From NCBI GenBank assembly GCA_016234115.1, contig JACRHD010000017.1, positions 811 to 64,810 of the forward strand: a stretch of DNA of 64,000 nt, given 5' to 3'. The notes under the pieces were generated by a model, which was not told the origin of the DNA, made no database searches, and worked only from the letters and a program-made list of their open reading frames with translations. This document shows positions 55,466-64,000 of this stretch, in pieces. This DNA comes from Nitrospirota bacterium. GTDB taxonomy: Bacteria; Nitrospirota; Thermodesulfovibrionia; UBA6902. Within the stretch, counting starts at the first letter, position 1, and each line of letters starts with the position of its first letter. The position numbers and the translations under genes were made by a program.

Positions 55466-56950
55466 TTATTTTGCGCCTGATCCTAAAAATACCGCCGGCA
55501 CCGTTTTAAAAATAATCTTGAAATCCACCCACAAGGACCAATTATCAATATACTCGAGATCAAGCTTCATCCATTCCCTGAAATCATTAATTTCATTCCT
55601 GCCGCTTATCTGCCAGAAACATGTAATGCCCGGACGCATACTGAGCCGTCTTCTCTGCCAGGTATCATATTTTTCGACTTCTTCCACTAAAGGGGGTCTG
55701 GGCCCCACCAGACTCATATCTCCCTTTAAGACATTCCACAATTGCGGCAATTCATCTATACTGAATTTTCTGAGCCACTTGCCGACCTTTGTAATTCTCG
55801 GGTCATTGGTCATTTTAAATACCGGGCCGGTCATCTCATTGTATTTGAGAAGCTCTTTTAATTTCTCTTCTGCGTCCACTATCATGGTCCTGAACTTATA
55901 GAACATGAACTTTCGCCCGTAAAGACCGCACCTCAACTGTTTGAAAAAAACAGGACCGTCGGACGTCAACTTGATGGCAACGGCGACAACCGAAAAAAAA
56001 GGAAACAGCATGATAAGTCCGATACCGGCCACTACAAAATCAACCAGCCGTTTTACGAAGAGATGCCCTAATTTATCAGGGGTGCTCTCGAAACCGAGTA
56101 AGGGGAACCCGTGAAGGTCCGTCTGCTTGGTGCGGGAAAACTTGAAATTAAACAAATCAACGGCCACATAAACCTTCATGCCCACACTCTCGCACAGCAG
56201 CAGTTTGTCCTCGATTTTATTAAGCCAAGTGCGGGGGACTATGAAGACGACTTCATCGATAACATTGTTATGAATTATGTCGGACAGTTCATTCAAGGAC
56301 CCGATGACTTTATGCCCCTGGATAATCTTCCCCTTGTTGGCCGGATCGATGTCCAGCAAGGCAAAAATCTTAATGCCCCACTCCGGATTATTGTCGATCA
56401 GGCTTATAAATTTACTTACGCGGGGACTCGCGCCGACTATTAATATCCTCCTGAAAACAAATAACGCGCTTTTGAAACTCGTTATCCTTCTGCTGATCGA
56501 TTTATATGAATAATAAAGGGCAATTTTTTCCATACAGATAAGCGCCGCCGCTGAAAAAAAAGTCAGCCCTATAAAGAGTCTGCTGATGTCCTCCTGCATC
56601 CTTAAAATGAAAACGTAACTTCCGAAAAGAACAAATCCGATCACGGTCGTTTTAAATAATATCAACATTGCGTCGGGAATTTTCGTTACTCCCGACGACT
56701 TATACATGCCGAAATAAGACAACAGGCTGCCCCATATAAGCAAGATGACCGGAAGAAGCCCTATATATATGGCGTAATAACTTATAGTCCGAAGATTTTC
56801 GTCTCTCAGGAATTGGCCAAAGAGATTAATCGGGAAGATATTGAGAGCTTTATCTCTCAGATAATATCCCGCAAAAAAAGCTATAACTACTAAAAACAGA
56901 TCACAGAGCAACTGTACTTTCTGAAATATCCTGTTCTGTTCCTTTATCAT
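55466..56950 (-). CDS. Polyprenyl-phosphate hexose-1-phosphate transferase (WbaP/EpsB-like initiating sugar transferase)
   Basis: An N-terminal 4-5 TM region, a central Rossmann-like domain, and the C-terminal bacterial sugar-transferase domain (…KFRTM…DELPQLWNVLKGDMSLVGPRP…). Confidence 0.8.
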   Translation of the reverse strand: MIKEQNRIFQKVQLLCDLFLVVIAFFAGYYLRDKALNIFPINLFGQFLRDENLRTISYYAIYIGLLPVILLIWGSLLSYFGMYKSSGVTKIPDAMLILFKTTVIGFVLFGSYVFILRMQEDISRLFIGLTFFSAAALICMEKIALYYSYKSISRRITSFKSALFVFRRILIVGASPRVSKFISLIDNNPEWGIKIFALLDIDPANKGKIIQGHKVIGSLNELSDIIHNNVIDEVVFIVPRTWLNKIEDKLLLCESVGMKVYVAVDLFNFKFSRTKQTDLHGFPLLGFESTPDKLGHLFVKRLVDFVVAGIGLIMLFPFFSVVAVAIKLTSDGPVFFKQLRCGLYGRKFMFYKFRTMIVDAEEKLKELLKYNEMTGPVFKMTNDPRITKVGKWLRKFSIDELPQLWNVLKGDMSLVGPRPPLVEEVEKYDTWQRRRLSMRPGITCFWQISGRNEINDFREWMKLDLEYIDNWSLWVDFKIIFKTVPAVFLGSGAK

Positions 56951-56953
56951 ATT

Positions 56954-58135
56954 TTATTCAAAGACCTTGTAAAGACTTGCGGTTATTTCGTTTCTGATAT
57001 AACCGCGACTTCCTATCTCTGAATCATAATTCGATAGAGAATAGTTCACGCTGCTGCTGAAATCCTTCCATATTTCATATGAAAACCCCGTGTTGAGTCC
57101 GGTGAATGTATCGGTTATGCCCAGGTCGGCATATTTGTTCTTGCCGTAATACCATTGAAAGGAGCCGGTCAATCTGTTCAGGAATTCTCTCTTCAACTGG
57201 CCTGAAAGCTGCCAATTATTAAAAATATCGCCTCTGTCGGAAGCAAACCTGTCGCTCCTGACAAACGAAACCTTCGTTACGGTATTTTCATTTATGTCGT
57301 TACTGAACGAGATATTATAAGTCAGGCGGATGCTTTCATCGCCGCCCGAAACAGAACTTATGTTGAACCCCGCATTAGCATTAATATACATACGGTCCGT
57401 TAAATATTTGTTAAGGCCCGCATTGATAGTTTGAGTAGAGTTGCCGAAATTATTCCCGGCATGGGAATATGACGTCGATAATGAGGTATCGGCGCTTAGC
57501 AGATAACTCAGCTTTAATGCCGCCGTGCTGTCAGACACTGTTTCGTCTCCGGCTTCGGGGAACAGGTTTTGGGAATAGGCGTATGACGGCATAATCATAA
57601 AATCCCTGCTTATTTCTTTTAGATAAGAGACAGTTAGTGAATTTTGAAATGATTCCTGTATCCCCCCGACCCTCCCGAATTCTTCTTCGAAGCTCCGGGG
57701 CGCCCGGCCGTGAGAAAAAGTATCCGACACGTGCACCCTGTCATAATCCGAAAATTCATTCATAATATATAAGGTCGCACTCTCAGACGACGTCTTGATA
57801 TCGCTGTACTTGGCGTTAAACCTTTGATTGATATCGCCGGAAAGTGAAAGCGTCCTCCTCTTTCCTTCATATGACGCCTCCAGCCCGAGCCCCAATGTTG
57901 TTATAAAATCCTCCTTCTTGTCTTCTTTAACAAAAGTAAGGTTATCATCATACATTTCGGAAACATGTGTCTGAACCTTTAAGTCTAAGTCCTTGAATTG
58001 AAAGGCACAGGCGACTGAAGAAAGGAAAAGCATAATGAAGAACGACCAGCATTTTATATGTAAGCGTGCATTGTTTCCATTAATTATAAAACTTCTGATA
58101 ACTCTATGAATATTTCTTATTACACAGGATGTCAT
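56954..58135 (-). CDS. Predicted outer-membrane beta-barrel protein, first gene of the EPS operon
   Basis: A hydrophobic N-terminal leader, then alternating hydrophobic/aromatic beta-strand patterning throughout, ending in a terminal aromatic (…SLYKVFE). It is comparable to the uncharacterised OM proteins that head PEP-CTERM EPS operons. The start codon is uncertain. Confidence 0.4.
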   Translation of the reverse strand: MTSCVIRNIHRVIRSFIINGNNARLHIKCWSFFIMLFLSSVACAFQFKDLDLKVQTHVSEMYDDNLTFVKEDKKEDFITTLGLGLEASYEGKRRTLSLSGDINQRFNAKYSDIKTSSESATLYIMNEFSDYDRVHVSDTFSHGRAPRSFEEEFGRVGGIQESFQNSLTVSYLKEISRDFMIMPSYAYSQNLFPEAGDETVSDSTAALKLSYLLSADTSLSTSYSHAGNNFGNSTQTINAGLNKYLTDRMYINANAGFNISSVSGGDESIRLTYNISFSNDINENTVTKVSFVRSDRFASDRGDIFNNWQLSGQLKREFLNRLTGSFQWYYGKNKYADLGITDTFTGLNTGFSYEIWKDFSSSVNYSLSNYDSEIGSRGYIRNEITASLYKVFE

Positions 58136-58302
58136 GAGAATAAATCTTTACATTTCGCATAATTAGTTCTATTGAAAGAGGGGATGAAACGCCTTTAATT
58201 TAACTACGCTATAATTCAATTGCCTGTTAAACCCATAATTGATAACCATATATAACCAGTTGGAATTTATAGAATAACATAATTCTGTGATAAAATACGA
58301 AT

Positions 58303-58935
58303 ATGGTCAGGGTCAAAATCTGCGGCATAACTAATGTTGAAGACGCGCTGTCCGCAATCGACTGCGGCGCTGATGCCCTGGGTTTTGTCTTTTATCCCAA
58401 AAGTCCCCGTTCAGTGGCCCCTGACATCGCAAGGAAGATCATCTCATCGCTTCCACCTTATGTAACAAATGTCGGCGTCTTCGTTGATAAGGAAAAAAAG
58501 GACCTTGAGGAGATCGTTTCTTATACCGGCGTAGACGTGATCCAGCTTCACGGCTCCGAGCCTCCCGAATATTGCAGCACAAACCGGAAAATCGTCAAGG
58601 CCATCAGGGTAAAGGAACTTTCGGACCTCGCGCCCCTGGGCCGCTATAAGGCAGTCTCGGCATTTCTTCTTGACACATACGCCCCGGGCGAAATCGGAGG
58701 GACCGGCAGGATTTTCAACTGGGAGATCGCGATTGAAGCAAAAAAGCTGGGGCGGGTAATCCTTGCCGGCGGACTTACGCCCGAGAATATTGAAGAAGCG
58801 ATACGGTTCGTTCAACCCTACGGCGTAGACGTAGCGTCCGGGGTCGAAGGCAGAGAGAAAGGGAAAAAAGACCATAGGAAACTGAGATCTTTCATCGAAA
58901 AAGCGAGAAATGCGTCCTTAATGCTCCCTTCATGA
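58303..58935 (+). CDS. trpF: N-(5'-phosphoribosyl)anthranilate isomerase
   Basis: MVRVKICGITNVEDALSAIDCGADALGFVFYPKSPR… is the canonical PRAI N-terminus. Length is 210 aa. Confidence 0.85.
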   Translation: MVRVKICGITNVEDALSAIDCGADALGFVFYPKSPRSVAPDIARKIISSLPPYVTNVGVFVDKEKKDLEEIVSYTGVDVIQLHGSEPPEYCSTNRKIVKAIRVKELSDLAPLGRYKAVSAFLLDTYAPGEIGGTGRIFNWEIAIEAKKLGRVILAGGLTPENIEEAIRFVQPYGVDVASGVEGREKGKKDHRKLRSFIEKARNASLMLPS

Positions 58936-60113
58936 ACGATTCATCTGCAGCGCGTTTGTCCAAATCTGATGACCGGGTCATCAATAAATCTCAAATCGAG
59001 AACATCTTAGGTATTCTTTTTTCTGAAAACAACGTGGTCCGTTTTTTAAAAAGCGGACAGGAGACCTTCCAGGCAATTCTTGATTCCGTGTCGGCCGCAA
59101 GAAAGAGCATCTGTATTGAATTCTACATCTTCAAGGACGATACGGTGGGAAGAAGACTGGCCGACCTGCTCAAGGAGAAGGCAAGGGAAGGGGTCAGGGT
59201 CTGCCTGTTGTATGACCATTTCGGCTCTTTTCTCACGTCCGCAAGGTTCTGGTCCGGGTTGAGGAAAGAAGGCGTTTTGGTGAAGGTATCGCATCCGTTC
59301 AGGTTCTCGTCGCTTCGCAGTTATGTTTACCGGGACCACAAAAAGCTGCTGATACTCGACGGAGAAAAGGCCTTCACGGGCGGCTTCAACATCGCCGATG
59401 AGTATCACGGTTATTTCAAAAAAATGAAGAGCGTCTGGCGCGATACGGGGATTTATCTCGAAGGGCCGATTGCCTCCGTATTATTGGGCATATTCAACAA
59501 GAGCTGGAAGACCTGGAAGGGAGAAAGAATCAAACTTCAGTTAAGCAGCGGCCTTCATGAAAAGGGCGTCTCCGTCATACCGATCTTTGCAAATTCAAAC
59601 AGGGCGAGAAGAAGAATGAGACGACTGCTCATCTACAGTATCCGAAACGCAAAGGAAAGTATTTACCTGACGACAGCCTACTTTATACCGAGCAGAAAAA
59701 TATTGAGGGCCCTTATCAACGCGGCTGAAAGGGGCGTGGAGCTTCAACTCCTGCTGCCGGGGAAAAGTGATATGACCTCCGTCTATTACGCTGGGAGAAG
59801 CTGTTACGGGAAGCTGTTGAACGCGGGGGTGGAGATATATGAATACCAGGAAACAGTGCTGCACGCCAAGACCGCTGTTTTCGACGGACGCTGGAGCATA
59901 ATAGGTTCGGCCAACCTCGATTTCCAGTCAATGAGACGAAATGAGGAAAGCAATGTAGGCGTCTACGACACGGACTTCAGCGCAAAGATGACCGGGGTCT
60001 TCAGCAATGACCTGCGTAATTCAATAAAAATAGACGCTGATAAATGGGCGAAGCGGTCTTTGTATCAGAAATTTCTTGAAAAGCTCTTTTCAGTAATAAT
60101 GAGAAAATTATAA
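58932..60113 (+). CDS. cls: Phospholipase D-family cardiolipin synthase (two HKD motifs)
   Basis: HKD motif 1 HKKLLILDGEKAFTGGFNI and HKD motif 2 HAKTAVFDGRWSIIGSANLD. Its start overlaps the trpF stop (ATGA). Confidence 0.8.
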   Translation: MNDSSAARLSKSDDRVINKSQIENILGILFSENNVVRFLKSGQETFQAILDSVSAARKSICIEFYIFKDDTVGRRLADLLKEKAREGVRVCLLYDHFGSFLTSARFWSGLRKEGVLVKVSHPFRFSSLRSYVYRDHKKLLILDGEKAFTGGFNIADEYHGYFKKMKSVWRDTGIYLEGPIASVLLGIFNKSWKTWKGERIKLQLSSGLHEKGVSVIPIFANSNRARRRMRRLLIYSIRNAKESIYLTTAYFIPSRKILRALINAAERGVELQLLLPGKSDMTSVYYAGRSCYGKLLNAGVEIYEYQETVLHAKTAVFDGRWSIIGSANLDFQSMRRNEESNVGVYDTDFSAKMTGVFSNDLRNSIKIDADKWAKRSLYQKFLEKLFSVIMRKL

Positions 60114-60153
60114 TTTGAAAAAAACATTCCGCTGCAGATAACCGATGTAAAGC

Positions 60154-60798
60154 CTAATATCCGTAATCTCCCCTCTCCTTCCTCACGACCCGCCCGTTTT
60201 CCAGCCGTAAGAACAAAAGAAATTTCCGGGGCCCGAGGTTGTAGGTCCATTCCTCAACGTTTACAAGCAGGTCCTGTCTCCTGAAGGCCCCTTCTATTTT
60301 AAGCTTCTCGAGGATTATTGTAACGCGTTCTTCTCCGAAACTTTCTATAAAATCGGGCTTCCCGCACTTAATGAGGATTTCGACCTTCCGGTCCCCTTCA
60401 GAGACAAGAGAATCGCATCTCGATCTGTGGTCATTATCGGGAAATTCACCCTTGAACCCTTTTGGTCCGTCTTCGATCCTTGTCAGTTTCCCGTCGACAA
60501 ATGTAAGAAACGCAATAAACTTCTGAGGGCCGAAATTATACGTCCACTCCTCAACATTCGCGGTAGATATATAACTTATATCCACATCGCTTTTGTCGTT
60601 CTTGCCGTCTACCGAGATAATGGCCGTCTGGTCCGTGGATTTCTCTATGAACAGCGGTTTGCCGCAGGTCCTCAGGACCTCGAATTTCCTGTCCCCCGTT
60701 TCCACCAGGCTGCTGCCGCACCTGAGAGCGAATGCATTACCGGCAAACACCGGCAGCAGCAGACACGGCAGTAGTGTAAGGACGTACAGGATATTCAT
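60154..60798 (-). CDS. Secreted protein with two tandem DUF2845-like domains
   Basis: Signal peptide MNILYVLTLLPCLLLPVFAGNAFA. It has two repeats of C-G-x-x-L-V-x-x-G-D-x-K-x-E-V-L-x-x-C-G-K-P…EEWTYN-x-GP-x-KF. Start set at the Met beginning the signal peptide rather than the track's upstream Met. Confidence 0.5.
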   Translation of the reverse strand: MNILYVLTLLPCLLLPVFAGNAFALRCGSSLVETGDRKFEVLRTCGKPLFIEKSTDQTAIISVDGKNDKSDVDISYISTANVEEWTYNFGPQKFIAFLTFVDGKLTRIEDGPKGFKGEFPDNDHRSRCDSLVSEGDRKVEILIKCGKPDFIESFGEERVTIILEKLKIEGAFRRQDLLVNVEEWTYNLGPRKFLLFLRLENGRVVRKERGDYGY

Positions 60799-60913
60799 TT
60801 TCCTCAGAAGCAATTTAAATCCCCGTGCGAAATTACCCGCAGATCTCATATCCATAGATTTATAGCACATATCGGATAAATTCCTCCAGCGTCCCTGCAT
60901 ACCCTCCCCGGAT

Positions 60914-62434
60914 TCAACCGGGACGGGCCGCCTGCCCCTTTTTCATCATCAGCAGCAGAGGTATGATGCAAATCAAAAAAACACTCAGCAGATAAAAGGC
61001 GTCATTGAAAGCGCTCATTGAAGCCTGTCTTACGAGCCGGCTATAAACCGCTCCACCCCCACCGGCCTGGGCCTCAGAAGCGTTAAAGCCCCTCGATATG
61101 AGTTCCCGGGATATGTTCGTCGAAGCGATGCCAAGCGACGGGTCCATCGGAGTGAGGTGCTCAACCATTCGAAACTGATGGAACTGCGACCTGCGGGCGA
61201 TCACTGTAGTAACCAGGGCCACCCCGAAACTCCCGCCGAGATTTCTGAGTAGATTATAGATCGCCGAGGCGTTTCCCATTTCCTCCTTCCTGATGCCCGA
61301 CATGGTCAGGGTCGTCAACGGTATGAAAATGAAACCCATGCCCACACCCAATACCAGTCTCGGCCAGATAATGGTGTTGAAATCCGCAGCGAGATTAAAC
61401 TGCGACATGAGGTACGTGGAATAAGAGGAAACAATTATGCCGAACCCGAGCAGCGCCTTCGGATTCATCCTTGTCACGAGCCGGCCCGCTACAGGCAGCG
61501 CTATTAAACTCGCTATCCCGCCCGGCCCCAGCACCATGCCCGCAAGTGTCGCAGTATAGCCCATAAGCGTCTGAAGATAAATGGGGAGGAGCACAATGCT
61601 CCCGAAGAGATTAAAGAACGCAAAGAACATCACTATATTGCCCGTGGTGAACGTGAGGTTTTTGAACGTCTTCAGGTTGACTATCGGATGTTCTGCAAAA
61701 TATTCGATGATCACAAACAGTACCAGCGAACTTATCGAAATCAGGGTCAGCCAGGAGATGAACCCGGACGCAAACCAGTCTTCCCTCTGCCCTTTATCAA
61801 GCACAATCTGGAGACTCCCGAGCCCGAGCGAAAGGAAGGCAAGCCCCCAGTAATCGATCTTCATCTTTACACGCTTAAGGTAATCCGGATCAACGATAAA
61901 GAATATCACCATAAGGATGGATATTATCCCTATCGGGACATTTATAAAAAAAATCCATCTCCAGGACCAGGTATCCGTAATCCAGCCGCCGACGAGGGGA
62001 CCTATGATGGGGCCGAACATTATGCCGACACCGAAGATCGCCATCGCCATCCCGTGCTGTCGGGGAGGGAAGGTCTCAAGAAGAATCGACTGGGATATGG
62101 GCTGAAGGGCGCCGCCCCCCATGCCCTGAAGGATCCTGAAGATGACCAGGCTCTGCAGGTTCCAGGCAGCGCCGCAGAGCAGTGAGCTCAGCGTAAACAG
62201 GGTAATGGAAAATAAGAGATACCGCTTCCTGCCGAAGTGCCTGCTCAGCCATCCTGTCATGGGGATGATTATCGCGTTGGATACAAGGTATGAAGTGATC
62301 GACCAGGTGGATTCATCGATGCCCGCGGAGAGGCTTCCCCGGATGTGGTCGAGAGAGACGTTGACGACGGAGGTGTCGATTATCTCGATGAGTGTCGGCA
62401 GCATCACCGTCAATGCGACAAGCCACTTGTTCAA
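60914..62434 (-). CDS. emrB: MFS transporter, DHA2 (EmrB/QacA) 14-TM drug-efflux family
   Basis: 506 aa. N-terminal …LDHIRGSLSAGIDESTWSITSYLVSNAI… and 14 predicted TM helices. It is encoded with an upstream HlyD-family partner. Confidence 0.8.
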   Translation of the reverse strand: MNKWLVALTVMLPTLIEIIDTSVVNVSLDHIRGSLSAGIDESTWSITSYLVSNAIIIPMTGWLSRHFGRKRYLLFSITLFTLSSLLCGAAWNLQSLVIFRILQGMGGGALQPISQSILLETFPPRQHGMAMAIFGVGIMFGPIIGPLVGGWITDTWSWRWIFFINVPIGIISILMVIFFIVDPDYLKRVKMKIDYWGLAFLSLGLGSLQIVLDKGQREDWFASGFISWLTLISISSLVLFVIIEYFAEHPIVNLKTFKNLTFTTGNIVMFFAFFNLFGSIVLLPIYLQTLMGYTATLAGMVLGPGGIASLIALPVAGRLVTRMNPKALLGFGIIVSSYSTYLMSQFNLAADFNTIIWPRLVLGVGMGFIFIPLTTLTMSGIRKEEMGNASAIYNLLRNLGGSFGVALVTTVIARRSQFHQFRMVEHLTPMDPSLGIASTNISRELISRGFNASEAQAGGGGAVYSRLVRQASMSAFNDAFYLLSVFLICIIPLLLMMKKGQAARPG

Positions 62435-62436
62435 GG

Positions 62437-63537
62437 TTATTCTTCCGCAATTATTGTAGGCACTACGGACATGCCGATTCGGAGTACATGAGCCGGGTCC
62501 GCCGCTTTGTCGAGGACTATCTTGACGGGGATCCTCTGTACGACCTTAACAAAATTTCCTGTTGCATTCTCGGGGGGAAACAGTGAGAAGGTCGCGCCTG
62601 TGGCCGCCATAATGCTTTGCACCCTGCCTTCAAAGACTTTCCCGGGGTATGTATCGACCTTTATTCTGACTTCCTGCCCTGGTCTCACCCTCTCGATCTG
62701 CGTCTCCTTGTAATTCGCGATTACGTGCACATCGTCAAGCGAAACGACCGCCATGACCGGCTGTCCCGCCTGTATCTGGTTGCCTGATTCAACGGTCTTT
62801 CTTGTAACGTATCCGTCGGCTGACGCATAAAGCTTCGTGTATTCCAGCCGCAGCAGTGCCTCGTCCAGCAGCGCCTCTTTCTGCCTGACGATCGACAACT
62901 GGGTCATTATCGAGGCCTCCGCCTGTTTTAAAACCGATTTCTGGGTTTCAACCGAAAGCGCGCCATACCTCATTCCTTCAGAAGAAGCCGAAGCCATGGC
63001 GAGGGCTGATTTATAGTCTGTTACCGCTTTCTCATATGTTTCCCTGGAAGCGATATCTTCTTTATAAAGACTCTCAAACCTCCTCATGTCGCTTTCAGCC
63101 TGCCGGAGATTGGCGTCCTGGCTGTCATAGAGACTCGCTATGGCCTTTGCCCTTGCAGCCAGTTCGGATGTCTGCCTCTTTGCCGATTCTATCTTTGCGT
63201 CAAACTCCGAGAGTTTCGCCTTTTCAGCATCCAGGGCCGACTGCGCTTCGTTTACCTTTACTTCATAGTCAACGGGATCTAATTCCAGAAGAACGTCCCC
63301 CTTTTTTACCAACTGGTTTGATCTCACATAAATATTCCTGACGGTCCCGTTCACCTTAGAGGCAATAAGGTGCACATTGCCTTCAATAAATGCGTCATCG
63401 GTAGAGATGTGAGTTTTATTGTATCCGGCGTAAAAGAATCCCGCAGCCATACCGGTGATTAAGAGCAGCGCAAAGACCGCGACGGCTATTTTCTTCTTCG
63501 CGATATTTTTGTTTACAGGAGTCTGTGCTTCTTCCAT
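62437..63537 (-). CDS. emrA: HlyD-family membrane-fusion protein (EmrA-like)
   Basis: An N-terminal TM anchor, a long coiled-coil, and a beta-barrel/lipoyl-like C-terminus (…VMAVVSLDDVHVIANYKETQIERVRPGQEVRIKVDTYPG…). Confidence 0.8.
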   Translation of the reverse strand: MEEAQTPVNKNIAKKKIAVAVFALLLITGMAAGFFYAGYNKTHISTDDAFIEGNVHLIASKVNGTVRNIYVRSNQLVKKGDVLLELDPVDYEVKVNEAQSALDAEKAKLSEFDAKIESAKRQTSELAARAKAIASLYDSQDANLRQAESDMRRFESLYKEDIASRETYEKAVTDYKSALAMASASSEGMRYGALSVETQKSVLKQAEASIMTQLSIVRQKEALLDEALLRLEYTKLYASADGYVTRKTVESGNQIQAGQPVMAVVSLDDVHVIANYKETQIERVRPGQEVRIKVDTYPGKVFEGRVQSIMAATGATFSLFPPENATGNFVKVVQRIPVKIVLDKAADPAHVLRIGMSVVPTIIAEE

Positions 63538-63711
63538 TTCACTCCCCGCCGGTTATCCTGAAAACCACAGTCAGCCACTGATTGACGCGGATTTTTTTAT
63601 AAAAAAAGAAACCTTATATTTCTCCGTCATGATGAAGTTTAAAGCAAGCATTACTTTTTATTCCATCAGCGCTTATCCGCGTTTATCCGTGGCCGGGCGC
63701 TTTTTTCAGGA

Positions 63712-64000
63712 TCATTGGCTCCCCTGTAGAGACAGGTCCTTTTTCCTGCGGAACCGGCCTCCGATTTTTTCCCGGAACGCCTCCATGTAGATGTAAACAA
63801 CCGGGGTTATATACAGCGTCAGGGCCTGGGACACAAGGAGCCCTCCGACAACGGCAAGTCCGAGCGAACGGCGCGCTTCGGCCCCGGCCCCGAAGCCGAC
63901 GGCAATGGGCAAAGTGCCCATGAGCGCGGCCATAGTAGTCATCATTATCGGCCTGAAACGGACTATGGCTCCATTGTAAATGGCATCAGCCGCTCCCCTG
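63712..64000 (-). CDS. RND-family efflux permease (AcrB-like), C-terminal fragment; gene continues beyond the window
   Basis: The frame is open to the window edge. The C-terminal sequence …[68 protein letters not shown]… matches the last TM helices of HAE1-type RND pumps. Confidence 0.6.
   Translation of the reverse strand, partial: RGAADAIYNGAIVRFRPIMMTTMAALMGTLPIAVGFGAGAEARRSLGLAVVGGLLVSQALTLYITPVVYIYMEAFREKIGGRFRRKKDLSLQGSQ

Noticed and set aside
1-64000. CRISPR arrays, prophage, integrases/transposases, toxin-antitoxin or restriction-modification/defence genes
   Set aside because: No short regularly spaced repeats were seen, and no recombinase, phage structural, nuclease or NTPase-type defence signatures were seen in any frame. 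The window is essentially all glycan biosynthesis plus housekeeping and efflux.

Overview
This is a dense surface-glycan/exopolysaccharide (EPS) biosynthesis region of roughly 45% GC from a Gram-negative, probably anaerobic, bacterium. Radical SAM enzymes, exosortase and a DUF5989-like peptide fit Desulfobacterota/Nitrospirota-like lineages, but the taxon is not determinable from sequence alone. Gene order: a partial carB 3' end; a module of five large polytopic GT-C-like membrane proteins interleaved with GDP-fucose genes (gmd, fcl), DPM1/ArnC-like GT2s, a flippase-like protein, a SPASM radical SAM and a B12-radical SAM; a GDP-D-glycero-D-manno-heptose module (gmhA, hddA, hddC plus an SDR); galE; an exosortase operon (exosortase, MORN protein, methyltransferase, EpsI-like, SPASM radical SAM); then a ~26 kb minus-strand Wzx/Wzy-type EPS operon (WbaP-like initiating transferase, multi-SLBB Wza-like exporter, Wzc-like co-polymerase, four GT4s, two further SPASM radical SAMs, polysaccharide deacetylase, BNR-propeller protein, CapK-like ligase, Wzx, LtaS-like transferase, two Wzy-like proteins); then trpF, cardiolipin synthase, EmrAB-type MFS efflux and the tail of an RND pump. 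There is one tRNA-Thr(CGU). No CRISPR, transposase, integrase or obvious phage genes were seen. Most notable: (i) a PEP-CTERM/exosortase-type EPS locus whose exosortase operon carries a MORN-repeat protein, a methyltransferase and a SPASM radical SAM; (ii) four paralogous SPASM radical SAM enzymes plus a B12-radical SAM embedded in sugar genes, suggesting undescribed radical carbohydrate chemistry; (iii) an LtaS-like transferase gene bracketed by 118-bp direct repeats that duplicate the Wzy-end/Wzx-start junction and carrying C9 and C8 homopolymer tracts in-frame, a candidate two-mechanism phase-variable cassette; (iv) an unusual run of GT-C paralogs with polyprenyl-P-sugar synthase-like GT2s.
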